64,000 nucleotides of DNA, from the NCBI GenBank assembly GCA_964526635.1, contig CAZGLR010000002.1, forward strand, positions 3,912 to 67,911, written 5' to 3'. Of this stretch, positions 27,620 through 35,890 are shown piece by piece. The notes below the pieces were generated by a model. That model saw nothing but the letters and a program-made list of their open reading frames with translations. It searched no databases and was not told the DNA's origin. The first letter of the stretch is position 1, and every line of letters starts with the position of its first letter. The position numbers and the translations under genes are program-made. Source of the DNA: an uncultured Ignavibacteriales bacterium. GTDB lineage: Bacteria; Zixibacteria; MSB-5A5; GN15; JAAZOE01.

Positions 27620-28848
27620 TGCGGATCCGGTTTGTCACACTTTATTATCCGCCCGAGGTCGGCGCCGCCCAGAGCCGAATTTCCGAACTGGCCCGGCGAA
27701 TGGCTAAACGAGGCCATGAGGTGACAGTCCTTACCGGCTTTCCCAATTATCCTTCCGGGAAAAAGCCGGAAGGATACCGCGGCAGAATATGCATGAAAGA
27801 GACGAATGATGACTGCCGTATCATCCGCGTTCCCCATTTTATCGCCCCCAATCGCGGTTTTTTCAAACGCCTGATGATCCATCTCAGCTTTGCCGGCACT
27901 GCCTCAATCGCCTCGCTGTTTATGAAAAAAGATGATATCATGTACCTCGAGTCACCGCCACTATTCAACGGCGTTATCGGCCTGACCGCCAAATGGCTGC
28001 GCGGCATTCCCTATGTCTTCAATGTTGCCGATTTATGGCCGCGAACAGCGGTCGAGATGGGATTGTTGAGTAATAAAGCTGTTATCAACATCGCCCTTTT
28101 CCTTGAAAAAATCTTCTATCGCCAGGCGCGGCGTATTTTGGCCATAACGCAAGGATTATACGAGGATATCATCGCCCGGGGCTACGACGAGCAGAAAGTC
28201 AGACTGCTGACCAATGGCGTCGATCCCGCGATTTTTACTCCCGATACAATCCCGGATCGGGAAGTCGCATCATATCGTCCTGAAAACGGTTTCCTCATCG
28301 TTTATGCAGGCACCCACGGTTTAATCTATTCACTGGAGACTCTCCTCAATGCCGCAGGGGCATTGCGCGATAAGCCGGTGCATTTTCTGTTTATCGGCGA
28401 TGGCGCCGATAAACCGCGCCTGCAGCAAATTGCTGAACGACGGCAACTGAAAAATGTCACTTTTCTGCCGCCGCGTTCGGGAGATGACATGCCGGCCGTT
28501 TTCCGCGCCGCGGATGCCGCTGTTATTGCATTGCGCGATATCCCCGTATCCCGGGCCGTTATGCCGCTCAAATGCTTCGAACTTATGGCTGTGGGATGTC
28601 CCATCATATTTGCCGCCCGGGGCGAAATGGCCGGCCATATCGAAGATGCCGACTGCGGTATTGTCATTGAACCGGAAAACAGCGACGCTATGGTCAGCGC
28701 CATTACTAACCTGATAAAGTTGACCGATTCCGAACGCCGGTCTATGGGACAGTGCGGCCGAGCCTATGTTACAACGCATTTCTCGCGGGCGAAAATCGCC
28801 AAGGATCTCGAAACGATCCTGATGGAGGCAACCGCCTGTGACAACTGA
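27616..28848 (+). CDS. Glycosyltransferase, GT4 family (WcaI/WbuB-like)
   Basis: N-terminal MRIRFVTLYYPPEVGAAQSRISELA...GHEVTVLTGFPNYP is typical of WcaI-like enzymes. Overlaps the previous gene by 4 nt. Confidence 0.8.
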   Translation: MMRIRFVTLYYPPEVGAAQSRISELARRMAKRGHEVTVLTGFPNYPSGKKPEGYRGRICMKETNDDCRIIRVPHFIAPNRGFFKRLMIHLSFAGTASIASLFMKKDDIMYLESPPLFNGVIGLTAKWLRGIPYVFNVADLWPRTAVEMGLLSNKAVINIALFLEKIFYRQARRILAITQGLYEDIIARGYDEQKVRLLTNGVDPAIFTPDTIPDREVASYRPENGFLIVYAGTHGLIYSLETLLNAAGALRDKPVHFLFIGDGADKPRLQQIAERRQLKNVTFLPPRSGDDMPAVFRAADAAVIALRDIPVSRAVMPLKCFELMAVGCPIIFAARGEMAGHIEDADCGIVIEPENSDAMVSAITNLIKLTDSERRSMGQCGRAYVTTHFSRAKIAKDLETILMEATACDN

Positions 28849-29524
28849 CCGTGACCGTCAGGATGCCCTGATCCGCCGTCGGTATGCCAATCGTTCTTTG
28901 GACGATGTAAAAAACCCCGGCAATGCGTTTATTGTCTCTCAACTCAGAAGCATGCTGACTCATGGTTTCCATCAGCGCTTCGCCGACAGGCCAATTGACC
29001 GCATTCTCGATATCGGCTGCGGCGAGTTATACTGGTGTTCGCAGTTTGAAGCCCTGGGTGTTGATTCCAGTCGCTGCTTCGGCGTCGACCTGCTCGACTG
29101 GCGATTGCGCAAGGGACGGGACGAGGGGCGAGGGTATTCCTGTGCTGTTGCCTCAGCCGCAAACCTGCCCTTTCATGATAATTTATTTACACTGGTCAGC
29201 CAGTTCGTCGTGATGACATCAATTACGAACTCAGAGCAGAGAAAGAAAACAGCGGCTGAAATGATTCGCGTTACAGCTCCGGGCGGTTATATTTTCTGGT
29301 ATGATTTCCGTTACAATAACCCGGCCAATACCGATACCCGGGCAATCGGCCGACGGGAAATCAAATCGTTGTTTCCCGGGTTGCCGGTGACCATACAAAG
29401 TCTGACGCCCCTGCCGCCGCTGGTAAGAAAAATTCCACGCTTTCTTTCAGGCATCTTGCCATTACTGCATGGGATTCCTATGTTACGCACGCACTACATG
29501 GCCTGGATCGGACCAAAGAGGTAA
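28838..29524 (+). CDS. Class I SAM-dependent methyltransferase
   Basis: SAM motif I ILDIGCGELYW and an acidic motif II region. GTG start overlapping the previous gene. Confidence 0.7.
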   Translation: MTTDRDRQDALIRRRYANRSLDDVKNPGNAFIVSQLRSMLTHGFHQRFADRPIDRILDIGCGELYWCSQFEALGVDSSRCFGVDLLDWRLRKGRDEGRGYSCAVASAANLPFHDNLFTLVSQFVVMTSITNSEQRKKTAAEMIRVTAPGGYIFWYDFRYNNPANTDTRAIGRREIKSLFPGLPVTIQSLTPLPPLVRKIPRFLSGILPLLHGIPMLRTHYMAWIGPKR

Positions 29525-29525
29525 T

Positions 29526-30680
29526 ATGACTGTCACGGATGTGCCCTTTTACAGACAATCATTCAGCAAGGCTGAAATTGCTGAAGTCACCGATACTATC
29601 AAAAGCGGCTGGTTGACCACCGGTAAAAAGACCCACGAGCTGGAAGCACGGTTAGCCGCATATATTGGTGCAAAACAGGCTGTTGCCGTCAACTCCTGTA
29701 CCGCCGCCATGCATCTGCTGCTGGTAGCCGCCGGCATCGGTCCCGGCGATGAGATCGTGACAACGCCCTATACGTTTGCTTCCACTTCCGAAGTCATTCT
29801 CTATACAGGCGCCAGACCGGTCTACTGCGATATAAATTATGACACGCTCAACCTTGATTCTGAAACCGTCGCCGCAAAAATCGGCAGAAAAACCAAAGCG
29901 ATCATGCCGGTTCATATCGCCGGCCTGCCGCTTGATATGACGAGTTTTGTCAAACTGGGCCGTGATTCGAAGGTGCGGTTATTCGATGATGCCGCCCACG
30001 CCATCGGCGCCAAATCCAACGGCAAGATGATCGGTTCAATCGGCGACGGCAGCGCCTTCAGTTTCTATGCCGTTAAAAATCTCACGACCGGAGAGGGTGG
30101 ACTGGTCACGACACGACATAAACGCCTGGCTGATAAGATTCGGCTGATTCGACTTCACGGCATGTCAAAGGGTGCCTGGAATCGCTATGGTAAAGGCGGC
30201 TCATGGCGTTATGATCTCGTTGATCTCGGATACAAGTACAATCTGACCGATCTCCACGCTTCAATCGGATTACGCCAACTCGACAAATTCGCATCGTTTC
30301 AGGAAAAACGGCGAAAAGCTGTCGAACGGTACCTCATAAATCTAAAAGATATCGCCGCTCTCAAACTTCCTGCCACCGATCCCGATCACGCCTGGCATCT
30401 GTTTATCCTCAGACTGAGATTGAATCAATTAAAAATCACCCGGGACCGTTTTATCGAAGAATTAAACCGGCGCAATATCGGAACCTCGGTGCATTTTATT
30501 CCGCTGTTTATGCAGTCGTTTTACCGCAGGCATCTTAACCTTCGGGCCGCCGATTATCCCAATGCCACCCGCGCCTTCAAAGAAGTGATTACACTGCCAT
30601 TGTTTCCCTCAATAACGCGGGCTGAAATCGACTATGTCTGTGAGGCTGTGGCCGATATCTGTAAAAAACATAAGCGATGA
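29526..30680 (+). CDS. DegT/DnrJ/EryC1/StrS-family PLP sugar aminotransferase (second copy)
   Basis: From ATG 29526 (MTVTDVPFYRQSF...). Motifs GDEIVTTPYTFAST, DAAHAIGAK and SFYAVKNLT. The ORF-track start at 29469 lies within the previous gene. Confidence 0.85.
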   Translation: MTVTDVPFYRQSFSKAEIAEVTDTIKSGWLTTGKKTHELEARLAAYIGAKQAVAVNSCTAAMHLLLVAAGIGPGDEIVTTPYTFASTSEVILYTGARPVYCDINYDTLNLDSETVAAKIGRKTKAIMPVHIAGLPLDMTSFVKLGRDSKVRLFDDAAHAIGAKSNGKMIGSIGDGSAFSFYAVKNLTTGEGGLVTTRHKRLADKIRLIRLHGMSKGAWNRYGKGGSWRYDLVDLGYKYNLTDLHASIGLRQLDKFASFQEKRRKAVERYLINLKDIAALKLPATDPDHAWHLFILRLRLNQLKITRDRFIEELNRRNIGTSVHFIPLFMQSFYRRHLNLRAADYPNATRAFKEVITLPLFPSITRAEIDYVCEAVADICKKHKR

Positions 30681-31294
30681 AGCGGATTTTTGATTTCATT
30701 CTGGCGGCAGCAGGCCTGCTTGTTTTTGCACCACTTTTTATTCTCATTTCTCTGGCGATTCTGGTCACCATGGGATTTCCGGTATTTTTCACTCAAACCC
30801 GAATCGGACGGCACGGGAAACCATTCAGGATAATCAAATTCCGTTCAATGATCACCGACGCCGATAAAAAAGGACTGTCGATAACCCGGGGCGGTGATCC
30901 CCGGATAACCCCTCTGGGGAAATCCCTGCGAAAAACCAAACTCGATGAACTCCCCCAGCTTATCAACGTGCTGTGCGGCCAGATGTCATTTGTCGGGCCC
31001 CGTCCGGAAACTCCCGAATATGTGGAATTGTACGACGATCAGCAGCGACAGGTCCTCACTGTCCGTCCGGGTATCACCGATCCCGCGACGCTGGCCTTTC
31101 GTAATGAGGAGGAGGTACTCTCTCAATATGAGGACACCCATCAGGCCTACGTCGACATAGTTATGCCGCAAAAGCTGAAGATCAATCTCGAGTACCTGCA
31201 GACCGCCACGCTTTTCACCGACCTCAGGATTGTGTTAAAAACTATCAACGCCCTCTTCAAAACCGCTAATTCCTTGCCCAATGACCGTATTTGA
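30677..31294 (+). CDS. Small monotopic phosphoglycosyl transferase (Bac_transf, PglC/WecP-like initiating enzyme)
   Basis: 205 aa with MKRIFDFILAAAGLL, KFRSM and DELPQLINVLCGQMSFVGPRPE motifs. Confidence 0.85.
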   Translation: MKRIFDFILAAAGLLVFAPLFILISLAILVTMGFPVFFTQTRIGRHGKPFRIIKFRSMITDADKKGLSITRGGDPRITPLGKSLRKTKLDELPQLINVLCGQMSFVGPRPETPEYVELYDDQQRQVLTVRPGITDPATLAFRNEEEVLSQYEDTHQAYVDIVMPQKLKINLEYLQTATLFTDLRIVLKTINALFKTANSLPNDRI

Positions 31295-31328
31295 TTATAT
31301 TATCTGACTTATACGTTCGGAGATATAC

Positions 31329-33143
31329 ATGCGAAGACGTTTTCCATATATACTGGCAACTACCGATTTCATTGTCTTCAATCTGGTGATCACGGGGGTT
31401 ATGCTTCTCCAGCCGGAGGCCGCCTCAGTATTCGGCCAGAGTCTGCCGGTTTACTTACTGCCGTTTCTGGTGTCGACTTTCATGGTCGCCCTGCAGGGGA
31501 TTTTCCGGCAATACCGTTTTCGGCAACGGGACCGTTTTCTCCGCCAGTTTATGGGCGCCTATAATGTCATCACGCTTGGCTTTCTCCTGCTGGTTATTCT
31601 CGGCTTCGATCTGGCCGGAGTTATGGCCGCCAAGCGAGGTATGCTGCTTTTGTTGTTTACCGGATTAATCGGTGCGACCACAATTTCCCGGATCATTATA
31701 TATATCTGGATGGGTCGCAAAGTCGATTTCTCCCTGAAAGAACCGCTGGTGCTTCGCAACGATCGCCGTCTGGTCACCGGTATTGATCAACCGCCGATTC
31801 TACCCAGTTCAATGACTGTCGGTGAAGTTCGCAAACGGCTTGAAAACTCGAACCATGACTTTGCCGTATTGACCGATGCAAAGGGATACTACGACGGCAC
31901 TATCGTCGATGGCGATATCCTTGAAGCCACTCTTCAGGACAGCAGCGGGACCGATCGCCCCATAGCCGAGATCATGAATCGCCAGTACCCGGTCGCCCGC
32001 GAAATACTATCGCCGGGCCAGATTCATCAAACGATGGTCGAACGCAATCTTCGCTTCCTGCCGCTTCTGACCAATGAGGGCAAGCCCTCGCAGATAGTCC
32101 TGCTCTCCGATCTCGAAGAAAAATATCGCCTGAGCAAGAAAAAAACCGGCAGCGGCCGCAAAGTCCTGATTATCGGCGGGGCCGGCTTTATCGGTTCAAT
32201 CATGACCCGGTATATGCTTAAAAAGGGTTACTCGGTATCTGTCCTCGACAATCTTACCTTCGGGTATACCCCGCTCGAGGGCCTCGACAATCATCCGGCC
32301 TACCGTTTCTACCGGGGCGATTGCCGCAATATCCAGGATCTTCTGACTGCGCTCAATGGTGTCGATACAGTTATTCACCTGGCTGCTATTGTCGGTGATC
32401 CGGCCTGTGCCCTGGATCCCCGGGCCACGATTGAAATCAACTATGAAGCTTCCAAGCTTCTCGTTGATGCCTGTCTGCAGAAAAATGTCGAGCGCCTTCT
32501 GTTTGCCTCAAGTTGCTCGGTCTATGGCGCCAGTGAGGGCAATCAACTGCTCAACGAACAATCGCCGCTTAATCCGGTTTCGCTCTATGCTGAAACACGG
32601 CTCAAATCTGAAGAGGCGATTCTCAAGCAGGCCAAATCCCCGCTGGCCGTGGCCATGCTGCGCCTCTCGACTGTATTCGGTTTCTCCTACCGGCCCCGCT
32701 TCGATCTGGTAGTCAACACGCTGACTGCCCGCGCGTTGCAGGACGGCGAGATATCAATCTTCGGCGGTTCCCAATGGCGCCCCAATGTCCATGCCCTCGA
32801 TGTCGTCCGGGCCTTTGTGGCCGCCACCGAAGCGCCCAACAATGTCATTGATCGCGAAACCTTCAATGTCGGCTCCGAAAGCCAGAACTACCGTATCGAA
32901 CAACTCGGCGAGATGGTCAAAGAAGCCCTGCCGGAGACAGTCGTCAAGACGGTCAATGCCGAGATGGATCGCCGTGATTATCGCGTCTCTTTCGATAAAA
33001 TCGAATCGATGCTCGATTACAGGGCAATCTATACTGTCCAGGATGGTATCCGCGAGATTATCGATGCTTTCAAGCAGGACAAATTCGGACATTATTCGCT
33101 GCCGATTTATTCCAATGTCAAATACTTCAGTGAAGTGAAGTAA
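31329..33143 (+). CDS. Membrane-anchored CBS-pair plus extended-SDR (NAD-dependent sugar epimerase/dehydratase) fusion
   Basis: About 4 N-terminal TM helices and two CBS motifs (MTVGEVRKRLENSNHDFAVLTDAKGYYDGTIVDGDILEA; IAEIMNRQYPVAR...LRFLPLLTNEGKPSQIVLLSDL). These are followed by a Rossmann fold KVLIIGGAGFIGS and a catalytic region SSCSVYG...LYAETRLKSE. Confidence 0.75.
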   Translation: MRRRFPYILATTDFIVFNLVITGVMLLQPEAASVFGQSLPVYLLPFLVSTFMVALQGIFRQYRFRQRDRFLRQFMGAYNVITLGFLLLVILGFDLAGVMAAKRGMLLLLFTGLIGATTISRIIIYIWMGRKVDFSLKEPLVLRNDRRLVTGIDQPPILPSSMTVGEVRKRLENSNHDFAVLTDAKGYYDGTIVDGDILEATLQDSSGTDRPIAEIMNRQYPVAREILSPGQIHQTMVERNLRFLPLLTNEGKPSQIVLLSDLEEKYRLSKKKTGSGRKVLIIGGAGFIGSIMTRYMLKKGYSVSVLDNLTFGYTPLEGLDNHPAYRFYRGDCRNIQDLLTALNGVDTVIHLAAIVGDPACALDPRATIEINYEASKLLVDACLQKNVERLLFASSCSVYGASEGNQLLNEQSPLNPVSLYAETRLKSEEAILKQAKSPLAVAMLRLSTVFGFSYRPRFDLVVNTLTARALQDGEISIFGGSQWRPNVHALDVVRAFVAATEAPNNVIDRETFNVGSESQNYRIEQLGEMVKEALPETVVKTVNAEMDRRDYRVSFDKIESMLDYRAIYTVQDGIREIIDAFKQDKFGHYSLPIYSNVKYFSEVK

Positions 33144-33213
33144 ATCTTTTCGATTCTGCCTAAATGGTCCTTACAGTTCCACCGTTTTTATGCTGTGTTG
33201 CCGCAAAGTGATA

Positions 33214-33249
33214 ATGTCCTGTGTTGGCAAAACAGGACATTTCTATTTT
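33214..33249 (+). terminator. Rho-independent terminator after the EPS locus
   Basis: atgtcctgt / gttggcaaa / acaggacat forms a 9-bp stem, followed by ttctatttt. Confidence 0.6.
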
Positions 33250-33347
33250 GCGTTGACAGGGCGTCTTTATGCTGTTGACCATAAAGAAGCGATTGTCTAC
33301 ATTACTCAATTGATATGTAATTCTCGTACCGGTAAGGATGGTCAGGC

Positions 33348-34616
33348 ATGCTGGATATAAAATACGTGCGCGAAAACCCCGACACGGTTCAAAAAGCCTG
33401 CCGGGATAAAAACGACAAAGCTGATATCTCCGCAATTCTCGAACTGGATAAATCCCGCCGCAATCTTTTGACCGAGGCCGAATCGATTCGGGCTGAACAA
33501 AACAAGGCAACTCAGGAAATTGCCAAAATAAAGCGCGAGGGCGGCAATGCCGACGACGCTATCGCTGCCATGAGGGCGGTCTCCCGGAAATACAGCGACA
33601 TGACTGCCGGCGTGCGTGAAGTTGAAGACGAACTGCATCAGGCCATGCTGCGCGTTCCGAATATTCCCCATAAGTCCGTACCGGTTGGTCCCGATGAAGA
33701 ACACAATGTGACCGTGCGCGAATGGGGCGAGAAGCCGTCATTTACCAACACGCCGGCCCCGCACTGGGAACTGGGCGAGAAGCTGGGTATTCTCGACCTC
33801 GAACGAGGCGCCAAAATCAGCGGGTCAGGGTTTTTTGTTCTGCGCGGCTGGGGGGCCCGGCTTGAGCGAGCCCTGATACAATTCATGCTCGATTACCATG
33901 TCGAAAAACATGGCTTCACCGAATTGGCGGTGCCGTTTGTTGTCCGTCCCGACGCTATGACCGGTACCGGGCAACTGCCCAAACTGGCCGAAGATATGTA
34001 CCGTGTCGAAAGTGATGATCTGTTTCTGATTCCCACCGCTGAAGTACCGGTCACGAATCTGCATCGAGATGAAATTTTGAATGAAGATGATCTACCGCTG
34101 AAATATGTCGCCTTCACGCCCTGCTTTCGCCGCGAAGCCGGCGCCGCCGGCAAAGATACCCGGGGCATCCTGCGGGTGCATCAGTTCAACAAGGTCGAGA
34201 TGGTCAAAATCGTTCATCCGGATACGTCGTATGCTGAACTTGAGTCATTGACTGCCCAGGCCGAGGGTTTGCTTCAAATGCTTGGTATACCCTATCGAGT
34301 AAGGATGCTGGCCACCGGCGATTTGTCCTTCGCTGCGGCCAAATGCTATGATCTTGAAATCTGGTCGGCCGGGATTGAAAAATATCTCGAGGTATCGTCA
34401 GTCTCCAATTTCGAGGATTTCCAGGCCCGCCGCATGAATTTGCGCTATCGCGGCGCCGATAAAAAGATGCATTTCCCGCATACCCTCAATGGTTCCGGGC
34501 TGGCCCTGCCACGATTGATCATCGCTCTTTTGGAAAACTATCAGACCGAGGGCGGCGCTGTCACTGTCCCCGAGGCCCTGCGGCCGTATCTTGGCGGAGT
34601 TGAAAGGATCGGTTGA
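33348..34616 (+). CDS. serS: Seryl-tRNA synthetase
   Basis: 422 aa with MLDIKYVRENPD at the N-terminus, a coiled-coil arm, and class II motifs (FRREAG, GSGLALPRLIIALLENYQ). Confidence 0.95.
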   Translation: MLDIKYVRENPDTVQKACRDKNDKADISAILELDKSRRNLLTEAESIRAEQNKATQEIAKIKREGGNADDAIAAMRAVSRKYSDMTAGVREVEDELHQAMLRVPNIPHKSVPVGPDEEHNVTVREWGEKPSFTNTPAPHWELGEKLGILDLERGAKISGSGFFVLRGWGARLERALIQFMLDYHVEKHGFTELAVPFVVRPDAMTGTGQLPKLAEDMYRVESDDLFLIPTAEVPVTNLHRDEILNEDDLPLKYVAFTPCFRREAGAAGKDTRGILRVHQFNKVEMVKIVHPDTSYAELESLTAQAEGLLQMLGIPYRVRMLATGDLSFAAAKCYDLEIWSAGIEKYLEVSSVSNFEDFQARRMNLRYRGADKKMHFPHTLNGSGLALPRLIIALLENYQTEGGAVTVPEALRPYLGGVERIG

Positions 34617-34622
34617 CGACAG

Positions 34623-35852
34623 GTGAGTACAGTTAATCATAACAAAAACCTGCTGTCGGTCTCGAGCCGTTTTACGACCTACTTCAAGATTTTTCTCATC
34701 TTCGGAGTCGTGGCTATCGGCGGTGTTTTTGTCTATTACACACAGGATGTGATTGCCGACATCCAGGCCAACGAGGCCGAAATCGCCCAGACCTATACCA
34801 AAATATGGGCTCTGGTGGCTTCCGACAGTGTCAGTGGTCCGGTGACTTCGGTGTTGTTCGATGAAGTCATCCTCAAATCAAACTTCCCGATTGTCGTAAC
34901 CGATTCGGTTGGTAATCCCCTTTTCTGGAAAGAAGTGCCGGGTCTCGATCAGGCCGACGCTGATCCCCGCACTCTGGAACGAGTTCGTCGCTACGTCGAA
35001 GAGCTGGATAAAAAAAAGGGCGAAATCCCTATATATATCGATTCAGTCGTTATATACAATCTCTACTATGGCGACACCGCTCTGATCGGCAAACTGCGCG
35101 TTATCCCGATCGTCGAAATGGGGCTCTTTATTGGATTTGTTTTTCTCGCCCTGGTCGGTTTTCAGCATATCCGCCGCAGCGAACAACGCAGTATCTGGGT
35201 TGGCATGGCCAAGGAAACCGCGCATCAGATGGGAACGCCGATTACATCGTTGTTGGGGTGGATCGATCTGCTTAAATCCGGCCGCGAGTCGGAGACCTTC
35301 TCTCGCAATGATATCTATTCCCGCATCGAATCCGACGTCGCCCGTCTCGAAACTGTCGCGAACCGTTTTGGCCGCATCGGCTCGATCCCAAAACTGGAAC
35401 CGTTGGAAATAAACCGGATCACCGGGGATGTGATTAACTATTTCCGGCAGCGGCTGCCCCACGGCGGCAGCGGGGTCAGGCTGCACTTTGATCCGGGCGA
35501 AGAACTGACCGTCAATCTCAACGAAGATCTCTACCGCTGGGTTATCGAAAATCTGATTAAAAATTCGCTGGAGGCGGTCGATTCGCGCAGCGGTCAGATA
35601 ACTGTGCGAACCTATCGCGAAAACGGCAGTAAAAACATCAAGGTTGAGGTCGCCGACAATGGCCGTGGTATCGATCCTCACGATGCCCGCCGGGTATTTC
35701 GACCCGGTTATACAACCAAGCGGCGCGGATGGGGACTGGGGCTGTCGCTGGCGCGCCGTATTATACATGATTACCATAAGGGGACTATTGTCCTGGCTTC
35801 AGGAGAACAGGGGAAAGGAGCTCGTTTCGTCATAACGCTACCGATTGCATGA
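34623..35852 (+). CDS. Membrane sensor histidine kinase (PorY-like partner of the REC-PglZ regulator)
   Basis: Two TM helices flank a periplasmic segment of about 130 aa. H-box MAKETAHQMGTPITSLLGW and an HATPase_c domain (DNGRGI, GWGLGLSLARRII). GTG start 7 nt after serS. Confidence 0.8.
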   Translation: MSTVNHNKNLLSVSSRFTTYFKIFLIFGVVAIGGVFVYYTQDVIADIQANEAEIAQTYTKIWALVASDSVSGPVTSVLFDEVILKSNFPIVVTDSVGNPLFWKEVPGLDQADADPRTLERVRRYVEELDKKKGEIPIYIDSVVIYNLYYGDTALIGKLRVIPIVEMGLFIGFVFLALVGFQHIRRSEQRSIWVGMAKETAHQMGTPITSLLGWIDLLKSGRESETFSRNDIYSRIESDVARLETVANRFGRIGSIPKLEPLEINRITGDVINYFRQRLPHGGSGVRLHFDPGEELTVNLNEDLYRWVIENLIKNSLEAVDSRSGQITVRTYRENGSKNIKVEVADNGRGIDPHDARRVFRPGYTTKRRGWGLGLSLARRIIHDYHKGTIVLASGEQGKGARFVITLPIA

Positions 35853-35890
35853 TGTCCAAACACTGATGCTCATCAATAAGGACTGTTTCT

